A stretch of 64,000 nucleotides of DNA from Xanthobacteraceae bacterium (GCA_035546235.1 DASZWK010000398.1:3372-67371), one strand, 5' to 3'. Shown: positions 10,209 to 22,206, counted from the stretch's first letter. The notes: generated by a model not told the origin, from the sequence alone. Made by a program: numbers and translations.

Positions 10209-10253
10209 GAAGTTTGCATTGCCTGAGGCAATGCAAGGGAGGATACGCAGACG

Positions 10254-11663
10254 CTACGCCGAGTAATACATCTCGAACTCGACCGGGTGCGGAGTGTGCT
10301 CGAAGCGGATGATCTCCTGCATCTTCAGCTCGATGTAGCTGTCGATGAAGTCGTCGTCGAACACGCCGCCGACTTTGAGGAAGTCACGGTCCTTGTCGAG
10401 GTTGCTGAGTGCTTCGCGCAGGCTGCCGCACACCGTCGGGATTTTTTTCAGTTCCTTGGGCGGCAGATCGTAGAGGTCCTTATCGATCGCCTCGCCCGGA
10501 TCGAGCTTGTTCTTCACGCCATCGAGGCCGGCCATCAGCATGGCGGCAAAGGCGAGATACGGGTTTGCCAGCGGATCGGGGAAGCGGACCTCAACGCGCT
10601 TGGCCTTGGGATTCGTTGTGTACGGAATGCGGCACGATGCCGAACGGTTGCGCGCCGAATAGGCGAGCAGCACCGGGGCTTCGAAGCCCGGAACGAGCCG
10701 CTTGTACGAGTTGGTCGTCGGGTTGCTGAAGGCGTTGATTGCCTTGGCGTGCTTGATGATGCCGGCGATGTAGGACAGGCAGGTATCCGAAAGGTCGGAA
10801 TATTTGTTGCCGGCGAACACCGGCTTGCCGCCTTTCCAGATCGACTGATGACAGTGCATGCCGGAGCCGTTGTCGCCGTAGATGGGCTTCGGCATGAAGG
10901 TCGCGGTTTTGCCGTAGACCTGCGCGACCTGCTGGATGCAGTATTTATAGATTTGCATCTGGTCGGCCATCATGGTCAGCGGCGAGAACTTCATGCCAAG
11001 TTCGTGCTGGGCCGACGCCACCTCGTGGTGGTGCTTCTCGACCTTGACTCCCATGCGCGCCATGGCGGCCAACATTTCCGAGCGCATGTCCTGCACTGAG
11101 TCCTGCGGCGGTACCGGGAAATAGCCCTTCTTGGTCCAGACCCGGTGGCCGAGGTTGCCGCCTTCGTAGTCGGTGTCGGAATTGGTCGGGAATTCCACGG
11201 AGTCGAGCTTGAATCCGGTGTTGTAGGGTTGCGCGGAATATTTCACGTCGTCGAAAATGAAGAACTCCGCCTCCGGTCCGAAATAGACCGTGTCGCCGAT
11301 GCCCATCGACTTGACCATGCCCTCGGCCCTTTTGGCGATGCCGCGCGGATCACGGTTGTAAGGCTCGCCGGTGGTCGGTTCGAGCACGTCGCAAACCAGA
11401 ACCAGCGTCGTCTCGGCAAAGAACGGATCAATGCAGGCTGACGCCGGATCAGGCATCAGGCACATGTCGGATTCGTTGATCGCCTTCCAGCCCGCGATCG
11501 AGGAGCCGTCGAACATCTGGCCTTCGGCGAACGTTTCTTCCTCGATCATGCTGATGTCGAAGGTGACGTGCTGCCATTTGCCGCGCGGATCGGTAAATCG
11601 GAAATCGGCGTATTTGACGTCGTTGTCCTTGATCATCTTCATGACAGTCTTCGGCGTCGTCAT
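10254..11663 (-). CDS. glnA: glutamine synthetase type I
   Basis: 469 aa from ATG 11663 ([14 protein letters not shown]). Classic GSI motifs are present, including the adenylylation-region DLYDLP. Confidence 0.95.
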   Translation of the reverse strand: MTTPKTVMKMIKDNDVKYADFRFTDPRGKWQHVTFDISMIEEETFAEGQMFDGSSIAGWKAINESDMCLMPDPASACIDPFFAETTLVLVCDVLEPTTGEPYNRDPRGIAKRAEGMVKSMGIGDTVYFGPEAEFFIFDDVKYSAQPYNTGFKLDSVEFPTNSDTDYEGGNLGHRVWTKKGYFPVPPQDSVQDMRSEMLAAMARMGVKVEKHHHEVASAQHELGMKFSPLTMMADQMQIYKYCIQQVAQVYGKTATFMPKPIYGDNGSGMHCHQSIWKGGKPVFAGNKYSDLSDTCLSYIAGIIKHAKAINAFSNPTTNSYKRLVPGFEAPVLLAYSARNRSASCRIPYTTNPKAKRVEVRFPDPLANPYLAFAAMLMAGLDGVKNKLDPGEAIDKDLYDLPPKELKKIPTVCGSLREALSNLDKDRDFLKVGGVFDDDFIDSYIELKMQEIIRFEHTPHPVEFEMYYSA

Positions 11664-11755
11664 GGCATGCGTACCTTTCGTGGTGTTGGTGGATAGCTGA
11701 TAGGCGCCCGCCGGACTGCGCTCTCGCCGCCGGAGCAAGCAGTCAGATTGGCAGT

Positions 11756-12100
<345 letters not shown>

Positions 12101-12154
12101 TCATCTCCCGGCTCCAAGGCGGGCACCTTGAGCCTCGGAACCGTCGACATGTTT

Positions 12155-12170
12155 AGCAGGTCCCGTGCCA
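12155..12170 (-). promoter_or_regulatory. sigma-54 (-24/-12) type promoter upstream of glnB
   Basis: The minus strand reads TGGCAC-GGGAC-CTGCT, which has GG-N10-GC spacing. It lies about 60 nt upstream of the glnB ATG. Confidence 0.55.
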
Positions 12171-12365
12171 AGCCTGCGGCGGTGCGGATAAGCAAGTAGG
12201 ATCAGGGTTATAAGGTACTTTTGTGGGCGTCGTCCGGAATCTGTGGAGCGGGCAACGCCTAAGAAATAGGCATAGTGCCTCTTATCTCGTCAATAGGTCC
12301 GATTGGTACCGTTGCGCCGTTGAAGGTAGGCGCACCTTGCCCATTTCGTTATCTTCGTGGCGCCG

Positions 12366-13853
12366 ATGCTTGAGCTCTTGAACACAACCGAAATGGCCGA
12401 GGCCGATCGCCTGACGATTGCGGGCGGGGTGCCTGGTATCGACCTCATGGAGCGGGCGGGCGCCGCCGTTGCGGCGGCTGTGATCGCCCGCCATCCTGTC
12501 GGCAGCCGGGTCGCTGTCGTAGCCGGGCCGGGGAATAACGGCGGAGATGGCTTCGTTGCCGCTCGCCACTTGGCCGACCAGGGGTATAGCGTCGAGGTGG
12601 TGCTGGTCGGGGAGGCGAGCCGGCTGAAAGGCGATGCCGCCCAGGCGGCCGTCAAATGGAAGGGTGTGGTCGCGCCCGCCGAAGCGCGCCGGCTCCAGGG
12701 TGCGCAAGTTGTGATCGATGCGCTGTTCGGCGCAGGTCTCGATCGGCCGGTCGAAGGCGACGCGCTCACCCTGATCCGGGCGATGAACGCGCAGCCGGCG
12801 CCAATCGTCGCGGTCGATCTGCCCAGCGGCATTAACGGCACGTCCGGTGTCGTGATGGGAACGGCGGTCAACGCCACGCAGACCGTAACCTTTTTTCGCA
12901 AAAAGCCCGGCCATCTCCTTCTGCCGGGCCGGCTTCATTGCGGCGCCGTCTCCGTCGCCGAGATCGGCATCCCGGGTTCGGTGCTGAAGGCGATCGGTCC
13001 GAAAACTTACGAAAACGTGCCGCTTGTGTGGCAATCACAGTTTCCAGTGCCGCGGCTGACAGGTCACAAATACGATCGCGGGCATGCGGTCGTGGTTTCA
13101 GGGCCGGCTTGGTCGACGGGGGCCGCGCGGCTTGCTGCGCGCGGTGCGCTACGCGCCGGCGCTGGCCTTGTCACCATCGCCAGCCCGCGTGACGCGCTCG
13201 CCATCAACGCAGCGGCAAGCCTCGCCGTCATGGTGCGGCCTGTCGACGGTACCGACGAGCTCAATGCGTTTTTGAGCGATCGGCGGCTCAATGTGGTCGC
13301 GCTTGGCCCGGGTCTGGGCGTCGGCGACGCGACCTGTTCGCTGGTCCTGACGGCGCTTGCCGGGGACCGGTCGGTGGTGCTCGACGCCGACGCCATCACG
13401 AGCTTTGCGGCCGCGCCCCAACGCCTGGCGCAAGCGCTCATGGCGCGCGCTGGCCGCGCCACCGTCCTGACGCCGCACGAAGGTGAATTTTCGCGGTTTT
13501 TCTGGGCCTTGGACGAACGAACCAAGGTGGGTTCGAAGCTCCAAAGGGCTCGCCTCGCCGCTACCTTGACCGGTGCGACCGTGCTCCTGAAGGGCGGTGA
13601 CACCGTGGTTGCCGCGCCCGACGGCCGTGCCAGTATTGCGGAGAATGCGCCGGCCTACCTCGCCACCGCTGGTGCGGGCGATGTCCTTACCGGGATCGCG
13701 GCGGGCCTGTTGGCCCAGGGTATGCCGGCCTTCGAGGCGGCATCGGCCGCCGTTTGGCTGCATGGCGAAGCCGCCGCGGCGGTCGGTCCTGGCCTGATCT
13801 CGGAGGATCTACCCGAGGCGTTGCCGCGCGTGTACCGCCGTATGCTGGCATGA
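12366..13853 (+). CDS. nnr: bifunctional NAD(P)H-hydrate repair enzyme (epimerase/ADP-dependent dehydratase)
   Basis: N-terminal YjeF_N (GPGNNGGDG) plus C-terminal carbohydrate-kinase-like domain (GAGDVLTG). The start is either ATG 12366 or GTG 12357. Confidence 0.85.
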   Translation: MLELLNTTEMAEADRLTIAGGVPGIDLMERAGAAVAAAVIARHPVGSRVAVVAGPGNNGGDGFVAARHLADQGYSVEVVLVGEASRLKGDAAQAAVKWKGVVAPAEARRLQGAQVVIDALFGAGLDRPVEGDALTLIRAMNAQPAPIVAVDLPSGINGTSGVVMGTAVNATQTVTFFRKKPGHLLLPGRLHCGAVSVAEIGIPGSVLKAIGPKTYENVPLVWQSQFPVPRLTGHKYDRGHAVVVSGPAWSTGAARLAARGALRAGAGLVTIASPRDALAINAAASLAVMVRPVDGTDELNAFLSDRRLNVVALGPGLGVGDATCSLVLTALAGDRSVVLDADAITSFAAAPQRLAQALMARAGRATVLTPHEGEFSRFFWALDERTKVGSKLQRARLAATLTGATVLLKGGDTVVAAPDGRASIAENAPAYLATAGAGDVLTGIAAGLLAQGMPAFEAASAAVWLHGEAAAAVGPGLISEDLPEALPRVYRRMLA

Positions 13854-13976
13854 TGGGCGGACGCCAGGGTGCCGGCGCGGCCTTCCGCGTTGCAAACTCT
13901 TGTTCAGCGGCTATTTTTCTAGTGGCCAACGCGGCCTGCGTGATATAAGCCGCGCCTCCGGGCCGCCTTGCGCGCA

Positions 13977-14061
13977 GCGGGCGTGGCGGAATTGGTAGAC
14001 GCGCGGGATTTAGGTTCCCGTGACGCAAGTCGTGGGGGTTCGAGCCCCTCCGCCCGCACCA
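13977..14061 (+). tRNA. tRNA-Leu (anticodon UAG)
   Basis: I folded it by hand. It has a 7-bp acceptor GCGGGCG/CGCCCGC, an anticodon stem CGGGA/TCCCG with loop TTTAGGT, a long variable arm (class II), a T-loop TTCGAGC, and an encoded CCA. Confidence 0.9.
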
Positions 14062-14104
14062 ACCGGGCGGTCCCTTGGCACTATGCCGTCAAAGAGATTT
14101 TTCG

Positions 14105-15445
14105 ATGCAGGTCACTGAAACTTCCACCGCGGGCCTTAAGCGGGAATACAAAGTTGTCGTCCCGGCCACCGATCTCGAGGCGAAGGTCAAGGAACGGCTC
14201 GATGACCTCAAGGGTCGCGTTCAATTGCGTGGCTTCCGGCCCGGCAAGGTTCCCGTCGCCCACCTCAAGCGTATCTACGGCAAATCCGCCATGGCGGAAG
14301 TGATCGAGAACGCCGTGCGCGAGGCCAACGACAAGATCGTCAGCGATCATGGCTTTAAGCTTGCCACCGAACCGAAAGTCGTGCTGCCGACCGAGGAAGG
14401 CGTCGTTGACGGCGTCATCGAAGGCAGATCCGACCTTGCCTACACGGTCGAGATGGAGATCGTGCCGCCGATTGCGCTGACCGACTTTAAGGCGCTCAAG
14501 CTTGAACGCCTGACTGCGGAGGTCAGCGATTCCGAGGTCGATGAGGCCGTGCAGGTGCTGGCCGACCAGAACCGCCCCTACAGCGCGAAGGATGGCCCTG
14601 CCGATAAAAGCGATCGGGTCACGATCTCGTTCCAGGGCACGATCGATGGCCAGCCATTTGACGGCGGTTCCGCCGAGGACGTGCCAATTCTGCTTGGCTC
14701 CGGTCGATTTCTTCCGGGCTTTGAGGACAACCTGATCGGCGCCAAGGCCGGTGAAAGCCGTACCTTTGATATCAAGTTTCCCGACGAGTATCCGGCGCCA
14801 GCCATAGCCGGGAAGACCGCTCAGTTTGCCGTCACAGTGAAAATGGTTGATGCGCCGGGGACGGTGACGGTCGACGACGATTTTGCCAAGACGCTTGGCC
14901 TGGAGTCACTCGGAAAATTGCGTGACGCGATCCGCGACCGCATTCAGCGCGAGCACGCGGCAGCGTCGCGTCAGAAGGTCAAGCGCGCGCTGCTCGACCA
15001 GCTCGACGAGCGGCATAAATTCGAGCCGCCGCCGAGCCTCGTCGAACAGGAATTCAACAACGTCTGGTCGGCCATCGAAGGCGACCTCAAGCAGCAGGGC
15101 CGCACCTTTGCGGACGAGGGTACGACCGAGGAAAAGGCGCGCGCCGACTATCGGGCGATTGCCGAACGCCGCGTGCGGCTTGGTCTGGTGATTGCCGAAA
15201 TCGGTGAGAAGAACAACATCACGGTCAGCGAGGACCAGTTGAAGGCCGCGGTGATGGAGCAGGTGCGCCAGATGCCGGGGCGCGAACAGCAGGTTTATGA
15301 CTATTATCGCAATAACCCGGGCGCGCTCGCGACGCTCCGCGCGCCGCTATTCGAGGAAAAGGTGGTCGATTTCGTGCTGGAGCTCGCCGATGTCACGGAC
15401 AAGCCGGTCTCCCGCGACGAGCTCTTCAAGGAAGACGCGGAATGA
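14105..15445 (+). CDS. tig: trigger factor
   Basis: MQVTETSTAGLKREYKVVVPA...FRPGKVP. 446 aa from ATG 14105. Confidence 0.9.
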   Translation: MQVTETSTAGLKREYKVVVPATDLEAKVKERLDDLKGRVQLRGFRPGKVPVAHLKRIYGKSAMAEVIENAVREANDKIVSDHGFKLATEPKVVLPTEEGVVDGVIEGRSDLAYTVEMEIVPPIALTDFKALKLERLTAEVSDSEVDEAVQVLADQNRPYSAKDGPADKSDRVTISFQGTIDGQPFDGGSAEDVPILLGSGRFLPGFEDNLIGAKAGESRTFDIKFPDEYPAPAIAGKTAQFAVTVKMVDAPGTVTVDDDFAKTLGLESLGKLRDAIRDRIQREHAAASRQKVKRALLDQLDERHKFEPPPSLVEQEFNNVWSAIEGDLKQQGRTFADEGTTEEKARADYRAIAERRVRLGLVIAEIGEKNNITVSEDQLKAAVMEQVRQMPGREQQVYDYYRNNPGALATLRAPLFEEKVVDFVLELADVTDKPVSRDELFKEDAE

Positions 15446-15617
15446 GGCTGCCGGCGGCGGAGGCTTGATACCCGTCTTGTCGCCACAAGTTTTGCGCATA
15501 TCTGCTGTAGTCGCAGGCTGCCTTAAAGTAATACATCTCGGCTTCGATGCCTCGCCCGACTCAGACAGACTGAGCGGGTAGCCGGAGCCGGCCCGCCAAC
15601 GCCCCAACAGGTGATCC

Positions 15618-16274
15618 ATGCGCGACCCACGCGAGACCCACATGAACTATCTCGTTCCCATGGTGGTCGAACAGACCAACCGCGGCGAGCGGGCCTACGA
15701 CATCTATTCGCGGCTGCTCAAGGAGCGGATCATCTTCATCACCGGCCCGATCGAGGACGGCATGGCCTCGCTCGTGGTGGCCCAGCTCCTGTTCCTGGAG
15801 GCGGATAATCCGAAAAAAGAAATCTCCATGTACATCAACTCGCCGGGCGGTATCGTCACGTCGGGACTGGCGGTCTACGATACCATGCAGTTCATTCGCC
15901 CGGCGGTATCGACGCTGTGCACCGGGCAGGCGGCCTCGATGGGCTCGCTTCTGCTGGCTGCCGGCGCCAAAGACCTGCGCTTTGCGCTGCCGAATGCCCG
16001 CATCATGGTTCACCAGCCGTCGGGTGGCTTCCAAGGCCAGGCGACCGATATCATGTTACATGCCCAAGAAATCCTGAACCTGAAGCGGCGGTTGAACGAA
16101 ATCTACGTCAAGCATACCGGCCAGCCGCTGAAGAAGATCGAGGACGCGCTGGAACGCGACATGTTCCTGACCTCCGAGATGGCCAGGGAATTCGGCCTGA
16201 TCGACAAGGTGATCGAGAAGCGGCCGGAGGAACCGTCGCTCAAGGCGGTGGAACCGGCGTCGATTAAGGGGTGA
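15618..16274 (+). CDS. clpP: ATP-dependent Clp protease proteolytic subunit
   Basis: [22 protein letters not shown], catalytic GQAASMG and MVHQP motifs. Confidence 0.95.
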   Translation: MRDPRETHMNYLVPMVVEQTNRGERAYDIYSRLLKERIIFITGPIEDGMASLVVAQLLFLEADNPKKEISMYINSPGGIVTSGLAVYDTMQFIRPAVSTLCTGQAASMGSLLLAAGAKDLRFALPNARIMVHQPSGGFQGQATDIMLHAQEILNLKRRLNEIYVKHTGQPLKKIEDALERDMFLTSEMAREFGLIDKVIEKRPEEPSLKAVEPASIKG

Positions 16275-16642
16275 CCCCGTCGGGGGTTGCCCGGATTGGC
16301 TCGCTCGGCCCCAGCGAGCGCCATCAAATGGGCCGATTCGACCCCGCAAAAGCGGTTGGCAGCCCGGCCGTCAAGTGCCGTTTTCTGGGTGTGATCCGGA
16401 AAACACACTGGTACAAAGTCGCGTTATCGTTAATGGATTCTTGAATGGCACGCCGTTAGCATACGCGCTTGTGCTGGATGGGGCCGGTTGCCACTGTGCG
16501 GTCCCCGGTGGGCCAGTGCTACGGAATGTTAGCGCAGAGTTTCGTAGAGTCCGTAAGAGCGGATTGCGGCAGGGCGGGGCGGGGTAAGACGGCTCCGGGC
16601 GGCATCCGGGTTTAAGACTGAAGGACGGGTACGGAGACTGGA

Positions 16643-17920
16643 ATGAGCAAAGTTGGCGGCGGCGACTCCAAGAATACGCTCTACTGCTCGTTCTGCGGCA
16701 AGAGCCAGCACGAGGTGCGCAAGCTCATCGCCGGGCCGACCGTTTTCATCTGCGACGAATGCGTCGAACTGTGCATGGACATCATCCGCGAGGAGAACAA
16801 GTCCTCGCTGGTGAAGTCGCGCGACGGCATTCCCACGCCGCGCGAGATCCGCAAGGTGCTGGACGACTACGTCATCGGCCAGGACTACGCCAAGAAGGTG
16901 CTCTCGGTCGCCGTCCACAATCACTACAAGCGGCTCAATCACCAGAGCAAGCACAACGACGTTGAGTTGGCGAAATCAAATATCCTGCTGATCGGACCGA
17001 CTGGTTCGGGCAAGACGCTGCTGGCGCAGACGCTGGCGCGCATCCTCGACGTGCCGTTCACGATGGCGGACGCGACCACGCTGACGGAAGCCGGCTACGT
17101 TGGCGAGGACGTCGAAAACATCATCCTGAAGCTGTTGCAGTCGGCCGACTACAACGTCGAGCGCGCGCAGCGCGGCATCGTCTACATCGACGAGATCGAC
17201 AAGATTTCGCGCAAGTCCGACAATCCTTCCATCACCCGCGACGTGTCGGGCGAGGGCGTGCAACAGGCGCTCCTCAAGATCATGGAAGGCACGATCGCAA
17301 GCGTGCCGCCGCAGGGCGGCCGCAAGCATCCGCAGCAGGAGTTCCTGCAGGTCGACACCACCAATATCCTGTTCGTCTGCGGCGGCGCCTTCTCGGGCCT
17401 GGAAAAGATCATCTCGGCCCGTGGCCGCTCCACCTCGATCGGCTTCGGGGCCAGGGTGATGGCGCCGGAGGATCGCAAGCAGGGCGAAATCTTCCGCGAG
17501 GTCGAGCCGGAGGATTTGCTCAAATACGGGCTCATTCCTGAGTTCGTCGGCCGCCTGCCGGTCGTCGCCACCTTGGAAGACCTGGATGAGGCTTCGCTTA
17601 AGCGCATCCTCACCGAGCCGAAGAACGCGCTGGTGAAGCAGTATCAGCGCATGTTCGAAATGGAGACTGTGGACTTAAAGTTCACCGACGATGCGCTCGC
17701 CGCCATTGCGCGCAAGGCCATCGACCGCAAGACCGGCGCGCGGGGCCTGCGCTCGATCATGGAAAGCATCCTGCTCGAGACCATGTTCGATCTGCCGAGC
17801 CTCGAAGGCGTGGTGCGCGTGGAGATTTTCCGCGAGGTCGTCGACGGCAGCAAGCGGCCGCTCTACATCTACGCCGACCGCTCGGACCGGGCGAGCGACG
17901 CCGGCGGTGCGAGCGCCTGA
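16643..17920 (+). CDS. clpX: ATP-dependent Clp protease ATP-binding subunit ClpX
   Basis: Zinc finger CSFCGK...CDEC and Walker A GPTGSGKT. Confidence 0.97.
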   Translation: MSKVGGGDSKNTLYCSFCGKSQHEVRKLIAGPTVFICDECVELCMDIIREENKSSLVKSRDGIPTPREIRKVLDDYVIGQDYAKKVLSVAVHNHYKRLNHQSKHNDVELAKSNILLIGPTGSGKTLLAQTLARILDVPFTMADATTLTEAGYVGEDVENIILKLLQSADYNVERAQRGIVYIDEIDKISRKSDNPSITRDVSGEGVQQALLKIMEGTIASVPPQGGRKHPQQEFLQVDTTNILFVCGGAFSGLEKIISARGRSTSIGFGARVMAPEDRKQGEIFREVEPEDLLKYGLIPEFVGRLPVVATLEDLDEASLKRILTEPKNALVKQYQRMFEMETVDLKFTDDALAAIARKAIDRKTGARGLRSIMESILLETMFDLPSLEGVVRVEIFREVVDGSKRPLYIYADRSDRASDAGGASA

Positions 17921-18208
17921 GTGGAATCGGGCCCGCATTTGCGGCCCGATTCGCTGCGCGAACCGCGAGCGCGAGTTCGCTACGTGGCGATTTGCCGCCT
18001 GAATTGGGCTTTCTTGACACGCTCGCGGCGCAACGCCACCTATAATGACGGAATGTATCGAGACTTCTATAGGCCTATCCGGGTAGAATTTCGCGCTCGG
18101 CCTTCAAAGCCCGGGCGTACCACTGCCTGCGAAACTCTCCCGGCTCATTTGCAGTCCGTCGCGACAGCGCATCCTGCGGGTCGTAGTGGAAGTGCACAGC
18201 AATAAGGA

Positions 18209-20653
18209 ATGGGGCCAATGACAAGTGCCGCCAAGCCCAAAGCAGTTCCAGCAGTCGGCGAGAGCCGCGCCTACCCGGTGCTGCCACTTCGCGACATCGT
18301 CGTCTTTCCGCACATGATCGTTCCGCTCTTCGTCGGGCGTGAGAAGTCGATCAAGGCGCTGGAAGAGGTGATGCGCTCGGACACGTTCATCATGCTGGCG
18401 ACACAGAAGAACGCCTCCGATGACGATCCGGCGCCCGACTCGATCTACAGCGTCGGCACGCTGGCGAGCGTGCTGCAACTCCTCAAGCTGCCGGACGGCA
18501 CCGTCAAGGTCCTGGTTGAGGGCGCCGCGCGCGCGCGTGTGAAGGACTATACCGACCGGGCCGATTATTACGAGGCCAACGCAGTCGTGCTCGCCGATGA
18601 CGGTGGCGATCAGGTCGAGGCCGAAGCGCTGGCACGCTCGGTCATCAACGAATTCGAAGGCTACGTGAAACTCAACAAGAAGGTGTCGCCGGAAGTTATC
18701 GGCGTTGTCCAGCAGATCGAGGATTACGCCAAGCTCGCCGACGCCGTCGCCTCGCATCTCGCCGTCAAGATTCCGGACAAGCAGATCATCCTGGAGACGC
18801 CGAGCGTCACCGAGCGGCTGGAGAAAGTGCTCGGACTGATGGAGAGTGAAATCTCCGTTCTGCAGGTGGAAAAGCGCATCCGCACCCGCGTCAAACGCCA
18901 GATGGAGAAGACGCAGCGCGAGTACTACCTCAACGAGCAAATGAAGGCGATTCAAAAGGAGCTGGGTGACGAGGACGGCAAGGACGAGGTCGCCGAGCTC
19001 GAAGAGAAAATCAAGCAGACCAAGCTGTCGAAGGAGGCGCGTGAAAAGGCGCAGCACGAGCTCAAGAAGCTGCGTCAGATGTCGCCGATGTCGGCGGAAG
19101 CGACCGTTGTGCGCAACTATCTCGATTGGCTGTTGTCGATCCCGTGGAACAAAAAGTCCAAGGTCAAGAAGGATCTGGTGCTGGCCGAACAGATTCTCGA
19201 GGCCGATCATTACGGCCTCGAGAAGGTCAAGGAGCGCATCGTCGAGTACCTTGCGGTGCAGCAGCGTGCCAACAAGCTGACCGGGCCGATCCTGTGCCTG
19301 GTCGGTCCGCCCGGCGTCGGCAAGACGTCGCTCGGGAAGTCGATCGCCAAGGCGACGGGCCGCGAATTCGTGCGCGTGTCGCTCGGCGGCGTGCGCGACG
19401 AGGCGGAGATCCGCGGCCATCGGCGAACCTATATCGGTTCGATGCCGGGCAAGGTCATCCAGTCGATGCGCAAGGCCAAGTCGTCGAACCCGCTATTCCT
19501 GCTCGACGAGGTCGACAAGATGGGCGCCGACTTCCGCGGCGATCCATCGTCGGCGCTGCTCGAAGTGCTCGACCCGGAGCAGAACCACGCGTTCAACGAT
19601 CATTATCTCGAAGTCGACTACGACCTGTCTCACGTGATGTTCATCACCACGGCGAACACGCTCAATATTCCGCCGCCCTTGATGGATCGCATGGAGATCA
19701 TTCGGATCGCCGGCTACACCGAGGACGAAAAACTTGAGATCGCGCGCAAGCACCTGATCCCGCACGCGATCGTCAAGCACGGCCTGCGGCCCGACGAATG
19801 GTCGATCGACGACGACGCGCTGCTGACCATGATCCGCCGCTACACGCGGGAAGCGGGCGTTCGTAATCTTGAGCGCGAGTTGTCGACGCTGATCCGCAAG
19901 GCGGTGAAAGAACTCACGATCAAGAAGACCAAGTCGGTGCAAGTCACTGCCAAGAACATCTCCGATTATCTCGGCGTGCCGAAGTTCCGCTACGGCGAGG
20001 TTGAGGACGAGGATCAGATCGGCGTGGTGACGGGTCTCGCCTGGACCGACGTGGGCGGCGAGCTGCTCACCATCGAGGCCGCCATGATGCCCGGCAAGGG
20101 CAAGATGACCGTCACCGGGAACCTGCGCGATGTCATGAAGGAGTCGATCTCGGCGGCGGCATCCTATGTCCGCATGCGCTCGGCTGCCTTTGGCATTGAG
20201 CCGCCGATGTTCGACAAGCGCGACATTCACGTCCACGTGCCGGAAGGGGCGACCCCCAAGGATGGACCGTCGGCCGGCGTCGCCATGGTGACCGCCATCG
20301 TCTCGGTGATGACCGGGATCGCGGTGCATCGTGATGTGGCGATGACCGGCGAAATTACCCTGCGCGGACGGGTGCTGCCGATCGGCGGCCTGAAGGAGAA
20401 GCTGCTTGCCGCTCTGCGCGGCGGCATCAAGACTGTGCTGATCCCGGAAGAGAACGCGAAGGACCTGGTCGAGATCAACGACTCGATCAAGAGCGGGCTC
20501 GATATCATTCCGGTGTCGCGCATGGACGAGGTGCTGGCCCGCGCACTGGTGCGCAAGCCCGAGCCGATCGTTTGGGAAGAGCAGGCGGCCAAGCCTGTCG
20601 ATGTTCCCGAGCCGGTGGTCGAGGACGATGCCTCCAACCTGACCGCGCACTGA
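18209..20653 (+). CDS. lon: Lon protease
   Basis: Walker A GPPGVGKT and catalytic DGPSAG. 814 aa. Confidence 0.97.
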   Translation: MGPMTSAAKPKAVPAVGESRAYPVLPLRDIVVFPHMIVPLFVGREKSIKALEEVMRSDTFIMLATQKNASDDDPAPDSIYSVGTLASVLQLLKLPDGTVKVLVEGAARARVKDYTDRADYYEANAVVLADDGGDQVEAEALARSVINEFEGYVKLNKKVSPEVIGVVQQIEDYAKLADAVASHLAVKIPDKQIILETPSVTERLEKVLGLMESEISVLQVEKRIRTRVKRQMEKTQREYYLNEQMKAIQKELGDEDGKDEVAELEEKIKQTKLSKEAREKAQHELKKLRQMSPMSAEATVVRNYLDWLLSIPWNKKSKVKKDLVLAEQILEADHYGLEKVKERIVEYLAVQQRANKLTGPILCLVGPPGVGKTSLGKSIAKATGREFVRVSLGGVRDEAEIRGHRRTYIGSMPGKVIQSMRKAKSSNPLFLLDEVDKMGADFRGDPSSALLEVLDPEQNHAFNDHYLEVDYDLSHVMFITTANTLNIPPPLMDRMEIIRIAGYTEDEKLEIARKHLIPHAIVKHGLRPDEWSIDDDALLTMIRRYTREAGVRNLERELSTLIRKAVKELTIKKTKSVQVTAKNISDYLGVPKFRYGEVEDEDQIGVVTGLAWTDVGGELLTIEAAMMPGKGKMTVTGNLRDVMKESISAAASYVRMRSAAFGIEPPMFDKRDIHVHVPEGATPKDGPSAGVAMVTAIVSVMTGIAVHRDVAMTGEITLRGRVLPIGGLKEKLLAALRGGIKTVLIPEENAKDLVEINDSIKSGLDIIPVSRMDEVLARALVRKPEPIVWEEQAAKPVDVPEPVVEDDASNLTAH

Positions 20654-20677
20654 GCGGCAACTCTGATAGAGCACGGT

Positions 20678-20712
20678 CATGCGGCGCCCCACGGGGCGCC
20701 GCATGCGTTTTT
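20678..20712 (+). terminator. intrinsic terminator of lon
   Basis: CATGCGGCGCCCC-AC-GGGGCGCCGCATG followed by CGTTTTT. Confidence 0.7.
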
Positions 20713-20780
20713 GGATCCGGCGGGCGTTAAGCTGCCACAATATGCGGCAATACAGCGATCCCGTTCGCGCAAGAGCGGCC

Positions 20781-20822
20781 AGAGTCTTGACCAATTAGAG
20801 TCTTGACCAATCAGAGTCTTGG
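20781..20822. repeat. tandem direct repeat, 16-bp unit AGAGTCTTGACCAAT(T/C), 2.6 copies
   Basis: Read directly: agagtcttgaccaatt agagtcttgaccaatc agagtcttgg. Confidence 0.85.
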
Positions 20823-20891
20823 CTCTCCATTACGTCGCTGTGGCGCCGCCGTTATGCGGCGGCGCGGCTCAATCAGCAGATCGAGGACTTC

Positions 20892-21272
20892 GTGCTAAAT
20901 ATCGTTCGTGCAAGCATCGCGCTGGCGTCAGTCGTATGGGTGGTCGGGCCGGCAAACGCCGAAACTGCATCGGCGGCGGATTTTCCGATCGCCGGGACCT
21001 ACATGCAGAATGTCGCATGCAAGGGCGACGGCAGCGACAACGTGGTGCTCAAGGTCGTCATCACGCCAAAGGAGATCGACTCCAATAGCGGGGTCTGCAC
21101 CATTCTCGACAACAAGAAGGATGGCGCCGCTTTCAAGCTGCACGTCGAGTGCAAGTTTCCTGCGGGGCCGATGGTCGGCGACCTGACCTTTACGCCGATG
21201 CCCGACAAGACGATCAAATTTGTCGATCGCGACAATACCTACCACGGTGTCCTGCACCGCTGCCCGAACTGA
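20892..21272 (+). CDS. secreted hypothetical protein
   Basis: 126 aa with a GTG start, signal peptide (VVGPANA/ET) and 4 Cys. I recognise no family. Confidence 0.45.
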   Translation: MLNIVRASIALASVVWVVGPANAETASAADFPIAGTYMQNVACKGDGSDNVVLKVVITPKEIDSNSGVCTILDNKKDGAAFKLHVECKFPAGPMVGDLTFTPMPDKTIKFVDRDNTYHGVLHRCPN

Positions 21273-21412
21273 GCGTACCGGGGCGCAAAGTCGAGAAGAG
21301 CTGCTCGGCGATCGGCGCTTTCTCCGCCGCTCGGAGCGCGGCTGTTGCTGCACTCTTGTTGTGCTATGAATGCCCTCCCCAAAGGCGAGCGTGAACAACA
21401 AGGGAGCGCACG

Positions 21413-22195
21413 ATGAGTTACTACCAGGGCCTGCACGCCGACGTGGTTTCGTTCCGCGGGCACAATAACGACCAGGGCGAGGCCTACTACGCGCGGCCGA
21501 CCCGCGCGGGCAAATTCCCCGGCATCGTCGTCATTCATCACATTCCCGGCTGGTGCGAGTGGACGACCGAGGTCGTGCGCAAGATGGCTCACCACGGCTA
21601 TGCGGCGATCTCGCCGCACCTGTATTTCCGCGAAGGCGGCCCGGAGGAAAGTCCCGACGATCTCGGCGCGCGCATCCGCGCGGCCGGCGGCGTCGCCGAC
21701 GCTCAAGTGATGGGCGATGTAGCGGGCGCCATGGCCTATCTGCGCGCCCAGCCGAACGCGACCGGCAAGATCGGCGTCATCGGCTTCTGCTCCGGCGGCC
21801 GCCACACCTACCTCGCCGCCTGCACGCTCAAGGACATCGACGCCGCGGTCGATTGCTGGGGCGGTAATGTGGTCGTCGACAATCCGAAAGACCTCAACGC
21901 CAAGCGCCCGGTCGCGCCGATCGATCTGACGGACAAGATGTCATGCCCGTTGCTCGGCATTTTTGGCAACGACGACGCCAATCCGACCGCCGATCAGGTC
22001 AATCGCACCGAAGCTCTGCTCAAGAAACTCGGCAAGAACTACGAATTCCATCGCTATAACGGCGCCGGCCACGCCTTCTTCAACTGGCAACGCGACGCTT
22101 ACAGGCCCGATCAGGCAATGGACGGCTGGCGCAAGGTGTTCGAGTTCTTCAATCGCAATCTGGCGACGTCGGCTTCCAGCGTCGCCGCCGAGTAA
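21413..22195 (+). CDS. dienelactone hydrolase family protein
   Basis: Alpha/beta hydrolase with the nucleophile motif GFCSGG, and a length typical of DLH. Confidence 0.8.
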   Translation: MSYYQGLHADVVSFRGHNNDQGEAYYARPTRAGKFPGIVVIHHIPGWCEWTTEVVRKMAHHGYAAISPHLYFREGGPEESPDDLGARIRAAGGVADAQVMGDVAGAMAYLRAQPNATGKIGVIGFCSGGRHTYLAACTLKDIDAAVDCWGGNVVVDNPKDLNAKRPVAPIDLTDKMSCPLLGIFGNDDANPTADQVNRTEALLKKLGKNYEFHRYNGAGHAFFNWQRDAYRPDQAMDGWRKVFEFFNRNLATSASSVAAE

Positions 22196-22206
22196 CGGAG
22201 ACCGCC

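Noticed and set aside
18013-18046. Near-perfect TTGACA and TATAAT hexamers upstream of lon.
   Set aside because: The spacer is 21 nt, too long for a sigma70 promoter. The spacing also does not fit the CTTG-N17-CYTATNT RpoH-type pattern, being 22 nt here. I do not call it a promoter without transcription start site data.
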